In this document: positions 39,091 through 52,881 of the stretch, in pieces
How the letters are laid out: every line of letters starts with the position of its first letter
Numbering within the stretch: the stretch's first letter is position 1
Assembly: GCF_006345805.1 (NCBI RefSeq)
Contig: NC_042999.1
Span: 99,324,001 to 99,388,000 of the forward strand
Length of the DNA stretch: 64,000 bases
Direction of reading: 5' to 3'
Source of the DNA: Octopus sinensis
Taxonomy: Eukaryota
Program-made: the position numbers and the translations under genes
Notes under the pieces: generated by a model
Seen by the model: only the letters and a program-made list of their open reading frames with translations
Told to the model about the DNA's origin: nothing
Database searches by the model: none

Positions 39091-40294
39091 AAGGCAATAA
39101 TCAGTTCCTCAGAAGATATCGAGATGTAAGCACATTAGTTGTTCGTCCAGACGACAAAACGTTGCTAAATTAACGCCGATACAACTATGAGATTTTTCAC
39201 CTCGCCTCACAACTACTACAAAACTCATTAGATTATTTAGATATGCAGCCAAGTACCGAATCTATTGAGGTTTATTACGAAATTAACCCTTGTCTCGCTA
39301 TACCCTGTTGCCTTGAACACTTACCTCTGATGTGCCATCTACTTTATGTGTAAATAAGGAATAAGTTGTGATGTTCATTCACATAAAAAAAAAGAAAAAA
39401 CATTGTCTTCTGATATTTATCTTTACATCCTTGTTAACATTTGTAACAAGAGATAAATTAAGAGTTGGGCTTTACCAGTTTAGGAAGTATATTTAGATGT
39501 GTGCACGTAAGGTTTGAAATGTATAAATGCACGTTTTACATAGAGGTAACGCCAAATATCAGAGGGTATGTTTTTGGTTAACCAACACAATTTATTCCTT
39601 GCTCACACATGAAGCAGCCGGCACAACAGAGAGGGTGTAGGAAGCATGAATTAATTCCTTAATACACATCAAGGTAGGCGGCTCTAGTACTTGGTTGCAA
39701 ATCTAAAATATCCTATTAGTTTTGAAGTGGTAGTGAGCCGAGGTAGAAATCCCATAGCGTGTCGAGATAGACGAGCTACAAGCTCGTCGATAGTTTAGTG
39801 TCTACATTTGAATGAAATAAAGCAAAGCAACGATGAAAGGGAACCAGGTATTAAGGTCCCGACATTTAGACCAGCGGCTGAATAAAACGCTCTCGAAAAG
39901 TGCGCGTTGTCATGTGTATTCCTCCGACGCTAGCTTTTAAAGAGCGACGGAACACGGCACCAGTGTGCTGCTACGCTGGAACGAAGTAATTCGACTGCAC
40001 TGCTATGCTACACACTTATATCTGGAACCTTCTTACATACACACAATCCTAGCCAATGTAGTATCGTCTTTCTAATCCTCTAATCCGACTGAGAGAGGAA
40101 GGGCGAGGGAGGGAGAGAAGAAATTATCTTGACCCCACTCAATCAGCAATGACCTTCACCTACTTGATAGTTCTTTTGTACCGATGTAAGCAAATTTTGC
40201 TTACACACTATACGACAAATAAGGTCCCATATAATAATCTACATTAGAGCACTAATAACAGGCTTTGAATCTAGTCGGCTTAACTTCGAATATT

Positions 40295-40692
40295 CTTTTC
40301 TACTCTAGACAAAAGGCCCGAAATTTTTGGGTATGAGGCCAGTTCAATAGATCGACCACAGTACGCATCTGGTACTTAATTTATCGACCCCGAAAAGATG
40401 AAAGGCAAAGTCGACCTCGGCGGAATTTAAACTCAGAACGTAAAGACAGACGAAATACCTGTTTCTTTACTATCCACAAGGGGCTAAACACAGAGAGTAC
40501 AAACAAGGACAGTCAAACGGATTAAGTCGATTATATCGACCCCAGTGCGTAACTGGTACTTATTTAATCGACACCGAAAGGATGAAAGGCAAAGTCGACC
40601 TCGGCGGAATTTGAACTCAGAACGAAGCGGCAGACGAAATACCGCCAAGCATTTCGCTCGGCGTGCTAACGTTTCTGCCAGCTCGCCGCCTT
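40295..40692 (-). mobile_element. SINE family 1 with duplicated body
   Basis: Ends ctgccagctcgccgcct. Core occurs twice. Confidence 0.92.
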
Positions 40693-40736
40693 TTAACTTC
40701 GAGTATTATGCCCACACATCTCTACTAATATGCACG

Positions 40737-41045
<309 letters not shown>

Positions 41046-41699
41046 CGCCTGCCCATCTACCGATCCACCTTTTTCTGTCGTTCTCTCTCCAAACTTGCTA
41101 CTCCTCACTTTCTATCTATTTTATTTGCAGGCAACTTCCAGGCACAACTGTTACCAATTAAAAGCTCCACATACAAGACAATAAGTGGCTTAGGTGGTCA
41201 CCAGGATAGAATGTGCACTGTCTCAGGTTCTTCCTCTCGAAAATTATAATGCAGCTGCCTTCCTCACTGAGATGAGGTCCTTTCTAGATCAACTGGCTTC
41301 AAGGCTTCATTAAATATCCTTGGACCTGTTGCTCATAATCTCTTTTGAACCGAGTCCAGTGGTTTGCCTACTCCATTGTAGTTTATATATTGCTCATAAC
41401 GACACCAGCGACCGCCTCACACCACTACGAATGGAGCCTTTATACACACACACATACACATTGTACGTATGTATGTATGTATGTATGTATGTATGTATGT
41501 ATGTATGTATGTATGCATGTATGTATGTATGTTTGTATTCTTTTCGACAGTTTAACAATCCTGCCCACCTACTGCCACTCCCCAATAAAGATGAAGAAAT
41601 CACTACTGGATGAAGTAATACAAGGATGATTGTAATAGAAGACAGTTTGTAGCCGATATAGAGATTGTTGTTTACTATGCAAGGACAGTTTAAGTGTCA

Positions 41700-41950
41700 A
41701 TGTGGTTAGGGCAGCGGACTCGCGGTCGAAGGATCGCAGTTTCGATTCCCACTAAAAGCTTCACGAGGCTCTGGCAGAGGGTGGTGGTGACCCCTGTTGT
41801 ACTCTTTCGCCGCAACTTTCCCTCGCTCTCTCTTCCTGTTTCTTGAGTAAAGCTGCAATGGACTGGCGCTCCGTCCAGCTGGGGGGAACACATACGCCAT
41901 AGAAACCGGGAAACCGAGCCCATGAGCCTGGCTAGGCTTGAAAAGGGCGA
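41700..41950 (+). mobile_element. tRNA-derived SINE family 3
   Basis: gtggttagggcagcggactc..tttcgattccc head and gcaatggactggcg..gaaaccggg tail. Related copies at ~43405-43620, ~49325-49570 and ~42130-42330 (-). Confidence 0.8.
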
Positions 41951-42328
41951 CGTTTATCGTTTTATGTATGTATGTATTCATGTACGTTTATGATATGTGT
42001 ACACACACACACACACACACACGCCGCACACACACATACACACATAGGGTAGAAAGACTCCGATTCGGTCATCGGATTGCAGGTAGAAAGTTACTGTCAC
42101 ATGTCCAGGCAAGGTTGTCGTCCATGTATACCAGCCTCCCTCTCCCTGCCACCGATGTTATCCAAGGGAAAGGCAAAGGCTGATACAACAGTGACGTCGC
42201 AGCTCATTTCTGCAGCTGAGTGAACCGGAACGACATGAAATAAAATGTCTTGCTCAAGAGCACAACACCCGGTCTGGGAACTCACTATCTCATGATTGTG
42301 AACCCGACGCTCTAGGCACTAAGCCATA

Positions 42329-42359
<31 letters not shown>

Positions 42360-42554
42360 GTTAGTGTCCTCGCTCGCCCTACAGCCAGCTGGAGACGTTG
42401 TTTCCTGGGGGTAAATAACAGTAACATTCATCCTAACCAGGACTTCCACATTATGTTGGCAAGTAATCTTTACTCTAGAATGCTGTTACTGAATGTCTGT
42501 CGTTGAGAGATTTAGAAATGATTATTTTTATATAAATATATTATTTTCTTCTTT

Positions 42555-42755
42555 TCTTCTTTTCTGTGCTTTAGTCATTTGACTGCGGCCATGCTGGAGG
42601 ACCGCCTTTAGTCGAGCAAATCGACCTCAGGACTTATTCTTTGTAAGAATAGTACTTATTCTATCGGGGTCTTCTGCCGAACCGCTAGGCTACGGGAACG
42701 TAAACACACCAGCATCGGTTGTCAAGGGATGTTGGGGGGGAAGGAAGGAACTCAA

Positions 42756-42822
<67 letters not shown>

Positions 42823-42992
42823 TATATGTTAAGGACGTCTTTCGGTTTCCGTCTACCAAAACCACTCACAAGGCCTTGATCGGCCCGAGGCTATAGTAGA
42901 AGACATTTGCCCAAGGTGCCACGCAGTGGGACTGAACCCTGGAACCATGTAGTTGGTAAGCAAGCGACCTACCACACAACCACTGCTGCACC
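42555..42992 (-). mobile_element. tRNA-derived SINE family 2, complete, with a short internal (TG)n
   Basis: Head ggttcagtcccactgcgtggcaccttgggcaa, internal microsatellite, tail cttgacaaccgatgctggtg..ctccagcatggccgcagtc. Confidence 0.9.
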
Positions 42993-43155
42993 TACACACA
43001 CACATTTAGTAGAGTTACAAGTATTATTTGTTAAGCAGTTTGATTCAGCTCAATGCGATTTAAAGCTTTCTAGGATTCTAGGATTCTTACGGAACCTAGC
43101 TCTTCGGGTGCAGTTAGCCGAATTTATGTAACAAATACATACATACCTACATACA

Positions 43156-43189
<34 letters not shown>

Positions 43190-46100
43190 CAAACACACAC
43201 ACACACATAAATTAAGAGGAATTAATCTTCGGATTTTTAAATATGCTAAGCCACTGGTTTTAATTGATTAACATCAACTTCTACCCTTATTATTTATATA
43301 TATATATCTATGTATGTATATATATATATATACATATATATATATACACACACAAACACACTCATACGTACATATCTATCTATCTATATATCTATATATA
43401 TTGTGGTGACGCGTGGCTTAGTGGTTAGAATTGGTCGGAAGATTGTGGTTTCGGTTCCTGGACCTGTTCTTGAGCAAAACACTTCATTTCACGTTGCTGC
43501 ACTCAACTGGCCAAAATGAATAATCCAGAAATGGACCAGCGTCCCATCCAGGTGGGGAATATATGCGCCACAGAAACCAGAAAACTGACACTATGAGTAT
43601 ATATGACTGGAGAAGGAGACCTGCTTACCAACATCTGTAATAGTTATTCGCAAAACCGAGTAATCCCAGAGTAAACATTTACACCCACAGTTATACTCAT
43701 AACCGTTTGCCTGTCTATATGGACGCATACATATATACTCTCACACACATGTGCTGACACATACATGTATTTATATGTACGTGTTGCTTATGTGTGTTCT
43801 TATGCATATACAGTTGTGTGTGTGTGTGTATCTGTGTGTATATCACTATAAAAATACAGTGACTCATTCCTCACTAAAATGATCAATGCTGTCTAATGTT
43901 ATCTCCCTTAAATACAGAAACGCAAATTTTATAAGTTAGCTCCCTTGTCCCGTATTTCACATATTTTCGTCTAATTTCAGTTTCAATTGAAATATTTGTA
44001 ATATTAAAACAATCAATAATTTAACGTTAGAAATAATTACGTTTGTCAGCACGCAATATAAGTTTATCCCAGTTCGTGTACATAGCAAGAAATACGATTG
44101 AGCTGTGTACTGTATGAATATATTAATCGAATGTGTCGCATTGATGTCGATCTCCCCCTCTTGATTAGTCATTCGAGCCTTCGATTAGCTATAAACATTG
44201 ACATTTAAACTGTCCTTGCATAGTAAACAACAAGCTCTATGTCGGCTACAAACTGTCTTCTATTACAACCAGCCTTTTATCACTTCATCCAGTAGTGATT
44301 TCTTCATCTTTATTAGGGAGGGGCATTAGGTGGGCAGGATTGTTAAACTGTCGGAAGGAATACATCGTTATTTAGTTATGGCCCTTTATGCTCTGCATTC
44401 AGATCTTACTGATGTCAAGTTTGCCTTTAATCCTTGCGGGGTTGATGCAATATAGCTCCAGTCAAGTGCAAGGGCTAGATTTAATTTTATAGAGTATTCT
44501 AGAAAACTAAGGCTAAAATCAATCTTTTAAATTTATTGCAGGTCGTTAAAAAGGCACCATCGGTAAGAGTTGGTTACGCACCACTAGCGCATAAAAATTT
44601 CCTCTACATATTGCAGGATTGAAAAGATTTTGAAAATTTATTTATTTGTTTCTTTATAGAATACCATCAGTTATCCATGCAGTAAGTATCACTTTTCCCA
44701 GCCATTGGTGTTACCCAGCACGAAGGTGGATATTGCTTGGTACCATTGTCGTCGCAGGTAAACTGAGGACATAATGAGTCGGAACAAACGTCGCAATATA
44801 TTTTTTCCAACGCATTTACAATCACCTGGACGTGTATTATATTATATCGACCTCGGAAGATCATTATCATTGCTACTGAGCTAGAAATTACATCCTCAAT
44901 AGAGTACCTGATTTAATTGTTATACTGTGTTATTAATTATGTCCAGTTTATATTCTAAGTTCATATCCTGCCGGTTTTGTAGATGCGAATTTGCCTTTGG
45001 CTTAGCATTCAGAACCTTTGCTTTATTACAATAAAAAGTTTACAATCTCCCAAGGAAAATCTGCTAGCTACCCAGGCTCGTCGCCAGACTTTGGTGCCTG
45101 GGGGAGCTTCAGAATGTCTTGGGTGGGCGCTAATTTGTAACTATAAAGGCATCACTGTAAATTTGAGGATATGCCACTGAATAGTGAGGGAGCAACGTTC
45201 TCCAGTGCACCCCATTATCGATGGGCATATATTTACCCTATGTGTGCCTTTTCACGCTCTCTGCACTCCTGTTTTTCGAAAACAAGTTGATATTTTGTCA
45301 ATTATACCATTTGAATTTCAAACCTGACAACACACCTAGCTACCCCTTACATAACCCTGATTCAACCCACTGCTCTATTCGGTTGCCTAACCTGCTAGAA
45401 ATGATGGCCAAATTTCCCTAATAAGGAAGGACACAATGGTTAATGTAGCCCCTGATATATATAATAAAAGTTAAAATGGACTGGCGTGGGACAACTCAAC
45501 CACAAAATAGAAAGGGTGTTAAGTTAGTGCTGAGATAAAACTCCTTAAAATTATTAACTATGTTCTGTAGAGTTCAAACTTTGCACTGTTCATTTTTATC
45601 TTATTTCTCACCGAAATCAATAAAAATAAGTACATGCTCTATCGATTTCATCGACTATACTAGCTCTTTACAAACAGCTAGCCTACTGGTGATAATGCAA
45701 GAAATAATGATCGATTTTTTCCCCCACATGTGCATATAACCTTGTCCTAATCTAAGAAATCATTATTTGTTTCTAACATTGTGCACAGTCGATGAAAATA
45801 ATTGAGCCAAAAGATAACTGGTACTTCATTTTATTGACCAGAAAATATACAAAAGTGTAGTACTGGTTACTGAAGTCTGTAAACAAATTTAAGTGATAAA
45901 ACTTATTACCTTATCAAAAATTGTTGTGTACACCATAAGTGGTACTACAGTCCCGTTGCTTTCATAAAATGCATATTGTTTTATTAATGTAGAACTAAAA
46001 AGATATTTAAAGTTCAGAATCTTGCTATATTCACAAATATAGTTTTAAAGTATTTAAAAGTATAATTCAATAAGCTAGCGTAGCAGAATTCACTTACACT

Positions 46101-46615
46101 TTTAAAGCATGTATAGTTTTTTTTGTGTGTTGTGTAACTAGGAAATACATAACAGAAAGCCGTGGCCGTTGAACTGTGTGTGGTTTCTGAGATTTATAAA
46201 CCTCTCACAAGTTTCACTTGTTTCATATTATAATTCAGCATGTAATAAGATGTCCATATGCAATGACATTCATTCTGCGCCTATGTGCATGTGCATACAC
46301 ACACATGTATTCATACATAGATGTATGCATATATTTGTACATGCATACAGGCGTACTCGCATACATTCACACATGGAAATATACGTATACATGTATATAT
46401 ACTCCAAAAAGCCGCTCGATGCCGTTGGTCAAGGACGTGCATCTTTAGTTCCTGACCTTTCTTGATACATGGACTGAGGAGTACATACACACATGCATAC
46501 ATACACACATACATACATACATACATACATACGCGCGCGAGCAACAGTATTTGGGGATGGTCATATTTTTTGCCAATTAACCACACGCACTATATACTTG
46601 GAATTCACTTCAGCC

Positions 46616-46654
<39 letters not shown>

Positions 46655-46989
46655 ACTACTACTACTATTATTAATATTATTAATATCATTGTTGTTGTTG
46701 TTCATCTTCTTACCTCCTTTGTATGAAATCTTTCGTCGCACATACTGTGACCTCTGCAGCGACTCTCCATCCCAAGTGTCCTCCTGTGTATATAGTGCTT
46801 CTATATAATCGGCAAAAAATAATAATAATAATGACCACTTCGAAATATAACAAATATTTATTTCAACACACGATTTCTCATCAGGAATTTCGAAAAAGAA
46901 ATACATGAACTTGTGTGTTTTTATATGTACACCCCCCCACATATATATATATATATAAGATTTTCTAAAAATCACTTGATACAGTCACA

Positions 46990-48450
46990 ATAATTAAAGA
47001 AATATGCTTTTAAAAACTTATTAACTATTAATTTTTTTTATATTTAACAAACTGTCACCAACCTTCGTTGAAGAAGTTTACTTGTATTGTGTATTTTGTG
47101 TCTAGAATGTATTTTGTAAGTGCTTCATTGTTCAACTTTTTGAATACACCTGTTCTGTGCTAATTGCGTATAGAGGAAGTTGGTTTTCGTAATGGTGTTG
47201 ACTATTTCTGATTTTGTTGCGATTTTTTAAGTATTTTTCTTTGTCTTTCGAAATTAAACTTTTTTATGTTTTATTTTGAAAAAAGGGGAATATTCTAAAT
47301 TTTCCACTTGCACAAATGTCTTGGCGTTTACTACATGGAATAGATGAATCTTTAATTTTCTATTAATACATGTCCCCCAAAATTATTCTAATTGCATTTT
47401 GCGTATGTGATGCTATAGATGAGGCTTTTTTCTTTGCAATTTATCTTTGCATTCATTTCTAACTCGTTCCCGCTCGTGAATCTTTTGGTTGTTCCTTGTT
47501 TAATTATTTTACATGTCCCAAAGCAAGGGTCCACACAGTTTGTCACCACTATTATTTCATTTTTCGATATGAATCTTGTTTTTGTTAGGCATCTCTTGAG
47601 ATTTGGAAGTTGTCTCTGGCTGTTGATGATAAGTAGTTTAAAAATTATCTGTAGGAGATTTGATCGTAGAATTAGGAGATATTGTCTGGCTGAGTCTAGC
47701 ACGTTGTAGTTCCTAAGACTGTAGGTGACTAGAAATGGAATATCTATATATATAAAACTCTAGTTGTGTGAGTGTCTGTCCCCTTCGATTTAGATTCCTA
47801 ACTCCTCCCACATTTTGCGGTGCAGTTTAACCAAATTCGGGTATCTTATAGTCGTGATTCATATCGAGCCCGTCTGACTATTAGCGCGCGTCAACGATGA
47901 GTCTACGATTTTAAAAATAATTTAACATCATTTTTTATTCCATTTTAATGCATAAAATGCATCGTGTGTCGATGGCGGCGGAGTTGGCGTCCACGCTCAC
48001 AGCTGCACCTGTTTGCTTCTCCCCCTTCCCTCCCTCGTGAAGCTGTGGGAAAGGGAGTGTAAAGAAATCAACGTCGTAATGCGTTGTGAAGGAAACCAGC
48101 GTTCTTTTAGAATAACGACTTCATGGCTTGAAGACACCAAAACAAAAATGACTAAGAAAGCCCGAATTTATAAGGGAAGTAACTCTCTAAAAATGCTTAT
48201 ATAGTTATTTCCCTTACAAACCCGAGCAACGCCGGGCGATACTGCTAGTATATATATATTTGTATTTCTGTTTTCATAATCAATGTGAGTGTTTCTCCGT
48301 AAGGCAGAGAGTAGGATTTCTTTTGCTTTGGTTAAGGCATGATTTATTAACCTTTTACGGGTATCACTGTTTTTGAGTGAACATATTTAGTATTACTAGT
48401 CGCTACTTTCGTTTACTGGAGTCTGTAACTATTGAGCATATAAGCCGATA
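46990..48450 (-). mobile_element. Penelope-like element fragment (Cys-rich linker, Neptune-like, plus GIY-YIG), interrupted by a Helitron
   Basis: IPFLVTY, IINSQRQLPNLKRCLTKTRF, CVDPCFGTCKII and INCKEKSLIYSIT..KC. Confidence 0.8.
47743..48248 (+). mobile_element. Non-autonomous Helitron (506 bp)
   Basis: A|TC 5' end, subterminal hairpin CCCG..CGGG, 3' CTAG|T, no TSD. The PLE coding sequence resumes on both sides. Confidence 0.88.
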
Positions 48451-48472
48451 TACATGTATATGTACACATAAA

Positions 48473-48527
<55 letters not shown>

Positions 48528-48529
<2 letters not shown>

Positions 48530-48686
48530 CTCTCCTTGTTTTTTTCTGTTTCCCTTTCTGTAGAAGAGCGTAGGCTCGAAACGTAAAAGACCTTTTCTAT
48601 TCCTGAGCGTTATGCTAATACATCTGTTTGTTTTGTACACCACCTGTCTGCGTCTTTTGTTTTTTTCGTAAACTCTCCCCACACAC

Positions 48687-48719
<33 letters not shown>

Positions 48720-48850
48720 GGGGGAGAAAAACAAAAGACGAAGACTTGTGGTGCAGAAAACAAACAGATGTATTAGTATAACGATCAGGAATTGAAAAAG
48801 TCTTTTACGTTTCGAGCCTACGCTCTTCTACAGAAAGGGACACAGAAAAT
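48528..48850. mobile_element. Inverted pair of non-autonomous PLE pseudo-LTRs in (TA)n, each with a minimal hammerhead-like motif
   Basis: CTTT-CTGTAGA-A-GAGC-gtag-GCTC-GAAA-CG-TA-AAAG at 48554-48589 (+) and 48802-48837 (-). Confidence 0.75.
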
Positions 48851-49867
48851 ATATATATATACATAGTCAATATATACATACTTGCATGTATACATCCATC
48901 CATATATATATATATATATATATAATGCGAGACTATTCTGTTGATGATGTTTAAATTCTAATGAAAGAGGTTGAAAACTTTTACACTCAATGTAATTCTG
49001 AGGTAGAAGCAGGGTAATGCAGTGAGTGACAAAGCTGTATCTTTCAATTATAGGTTCAATCCACCCGATGGTAGGGGAACCTATAGAGTTTCTATTTACG
49101 TTGATTCCCTCTCACGGTATGGGTCGACACGCAAATATTATCTGTCAAAGTGTGGAGTCAAACCCTAGACCTCATAATTGCAAAGAGAATTCTTAATCAT
49201 ACGACCTCACTGCAATTACACACGCACTCACACACACACATGCACACGCACTCGCAGTCACACACACACACATACACACGCACATGTATGTACGCGTGCG
49301 CGCGCATATATATGTACATATGCTTATGTGGAGACTTGTGGTCTAGTGGTTAGGTTGTAGCACTCATGATCACAAGGTCGTGGTTTCAACTATTAGACTG
49401 GGTGATGCGTTGTGTTCTGCAGCAAAACATTTTATTTCACATTGCTCCAGAAAAATTCAAGTATCAAACATGAGTTATCCCGGGACAGACCAGCGTCTCG
49501 TCGAGGGGATAATATATACACCACAAAATCTAAGAAACAGGACTTACAAGCTAATGCCTCGGGAAGGACATTTAATCCCTTTGTTATATATATATATAGC
49601 ATCTATTGTCAAAATATCCGACAAAAATGCAACGTAGCTCTTGGCTCCGGTATTTCAAACTCTGAGTCGTATTATGACATGCATGTATATGCGCGCGTGT
49701 ATATATACATATATATATATACACACACACATATATATATATATATATGCATATATATATATGTGCGTGTGAGTGTGTGTAAAGTGTAACTGTCCGAAAC
49801 AGTAAGGACTTCTGGTATACTTGACTGAGGAAAGAATGTTTTCTTACCCTCTATTTCGTTTTTGTTC

Positions 49868-49918
<51 letters not shown>

Positions 49919-51143
49919 ACATATATAATATATATGTATACCAAATTATAAGAAGAAAACAAAGAAATTCCTTTTAACACATATTTAATGATTCGGTACA
50001 ATTGCTTCTAAACCAATTCTATTTGCAACTCAGTTTACGCGAAAATTCGAAGTGAATTTTACGTAGTGTTTGCGGTTTTAGACATTATATGTTCGTTATT
50101 TGTATCTGTGTTTGTTCCCCAATAACACTTGACAACCGGGAATGGTGTGTTTACGTCCCCGTAACCGAGATAATAAGTATCAAGCTAAAAAATAAACATA
50201 CACATACAGATATATACATATATCTATATATATGATCATGTATATACGTATATGACTGAACGCATGTATGCATGTATGTGTATACAACTGCATGCGTGTG
50301 TGTGTGCGTATCTATCTATTTTGTGACGTAGTTAACGTAAACATGTAAATAGCTAACTAAAATGTAAACATCTCCGCTTATCATAAACTTCGTGGAGTAT
50401 ATATAAAATTTGTGTAGATCCCAAATAGCTACACACACGTATACAAACATATGCATATATATATATATATATATACCTATACACACATTCTAATGCATAT
50501 GCATATATGTGTATATATTTATAATGTGTGTGTATTATAGATGCATACATTATATATATATATAAAAGATGTTTACATACAATATATATATGTTATATAC
50601 ATCTACATGTATATGTATGTATGAATATATAAGTACCACAGAATTTGAATCAAACTGTTTTGATCCATACATGCACCCACACACACACACACACCAACAC
50701 TACCATCCATGAGACATCCTAACATAATCAATGCTGCTACTACTATCATCATCATCATCCACTGCCGCCACCACCACCACCACCTCTACAAAAACACCAA
50801 CACTATAATTGCTGCCATCATACACATCCACTGTCACCACTACCACCACTGCCATGATAACCACATCTACCACAGCTGTTTGCTTACTGCTTACCCACTC
50901 ACAAAATAGCTATCTACGTCACATTAACACTATGCAGTTAATAATTTCAAATGAAAACAGACAATATGATTGGTTAAAATTCGCAGATTTAAACTACGTT
51001 TAAACTTATAAAATATATTTTTGTCAAAAAAACTAGTTAAAATTATTGTTTTCTTTTGACACATTCTACCAGTATACGAAGTTTCAAATTATTTAGTTAA
51101 CTAGAAAAATCTGAAAAATCTGGCTTTCAAAAAGAAAAGATCC

Positions 51144-51270
51144 GGGTTTGGGTTTTAAGGTTAGGGTTTTAGGGTTAGGGTTTTAGAGCTAGGTTTTATG
51201 GTTAGGATTTTAGAGTTAGGGTTAGGTTTGGGGTTTTAGGGTTAGGGTTGGGATTTAGGATTAGAGTTAC
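51144..51270 (+). repeat. Degenerate telomere-like (TTAGGG/TTTTAGGG)n tract
   Basis: Direct reading. Confidence 0.8.
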
Positions 51271-51715
51271 GGAAACAAGCGAGAAATGAAGAAATTGGAG
51301 GTGGAGGGGTAGGGGGCAAAATTTTTTTTTCCGAAAATAGTTGCTGAAATCAAGAAATTGCCGAAGAAAGACTTTCACTTTTTCATGAGCGGCTATCGAA
51401 AACGCTGGGGTTTTAATATGACAAAAGAAAATACAAAAATGATGGGCTTTTATGCACATATGTACTAATGGATATCATATATATGTACAAAATGAAACTT
51501 GAGATTTCGAAAGAAATTGTGATGTGTGCCACTATTTTCCTTTTCACATCAAATTCCAATATAATCTGAATATATACATTCTGAAAAGTATTTGTAGCAA
51601 ATTTCATTAAAAAATACCCAAGTTATGAGGAAACAAAGTCAACTCATGTGAATTTCCAGAATCTTTTTAAATATCAAATTCCTATGTAAGCGGAATATAC
51701 ACAATCTAAAACATA

Positions 51716-52225
51716 CCGTAAATCCTCAAGTATAATCCGCATTATTTACCCAAAATTTAAAGGTCAAAATCCCTAGTGCGTACTATATATGGTTAAAAAG
51801 GGAAATTATTTTCTAAGCAATGTCCAAGTCTCTATTTGCTGTCAGGCAATGTTTATTCAGAGGCATTTTGTGATGTCGGGCTCGAAAATACCTTAAGCTA
51901 AGCCTGAAAGCAATGAAGTCATAAAAGAATCATCCATAACTTGCAATAAGCAACATTTATTAAACGTTATTACTGTTATTTCTTTATTTTCTGCAAACAA
52001 AATGCACAAAAAAGCTACACGTTTACATTATCTTATATATACAATAATAATAAAGGACGTTACCGTATACATTTTTAGAAACCAAGGACGTTATATACAC
52101 CTCCTTGACTGAAGTTAGAGAAGGGGTGCGTATTATACACAAGGTTTAGGTTTTCCAGAGGTACAGCCCCCTAAAAATCCCCTGCGTATTATACTCAAGG
52201 GCAGACTATACTCGAGGATTAACGG
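51716..52225. mobile_element. pogo/Tc2-type MITE (510 bp)
   Basis: TA|CCGTAAATCCTCAAGTATAATC ... GACTATACTCGAGGATTAACGG|TA, with repeated tgcgtattatac subterminal motifs. Confidence 0.85.
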
Positions 52226-52694
52226 TATTTTTTGAAAATTTCATTAAAAAAATTTACATTTTTCTGGAAGTTGTGAGGCAACAAAGTCGGTCGGGTAGGG
52301 GCACACATGTATAGGTAAACCGACATTTGTATTATTTTACAATAATCATTTCAAATCCTGCTCGGCTGGTTTTTGTCTTATCTTTCAGGGCCCAATAGAA
52401 TGAGTTAATCGTAATAAAACAGAGTTGTAAACACCCCTATACCTATCCATTCAAATGCTGACGTCAGTAAAGTTGGTCAAGGAAAACCGGTCTTTTTACT
52501 TTTATTGGAATTGATATTGTATTTATTTAAGATGCCAAAGGAGTTCTGTGTTTTTGTTTTTATGAAGACGCTTCATGAATAATCTAATCTTCTCACTCCT
52601 TCGGTCATTGTTTTTCTAAGATAAAAATAGTATGATGACTTATAAAATATTTAGAGGAATATTAGTTTTACAGGCCAGATGTTTAAAAAATATT

Positions 52695-52817
52695 GGAGTA
52701 GCTGATTCCGGGTTCAGTCCCACTGTCTGGCACCTTGGGCAAGTGTCTTCTACTATAACCTCGGGCCAACCAAAGCCTTGTGAGTGGATTTGGTAGACGG
52801 AAACTGAAAGAAGCCCG

Positions 52818-52820
<3 letters not shown>
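52695..52820 (+). mobile_element. SINE family 2 head
   Basis: ggttcagtcccactg..gcaccttgggcaagtgtcttctactata..gacggaaactgaaagaagcccgtc. Confidence 0.9.

Positions 52821-52881
<61 letters not shown>

Larger units (their letters stand above)
41534..44363. repeat. Inverted duplication, ~170-bp arms (41534-41703 and 44196-44363)
   Basis: Arms are reverse complements at roughly 90% identity by eye. Confidence 0.9.
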
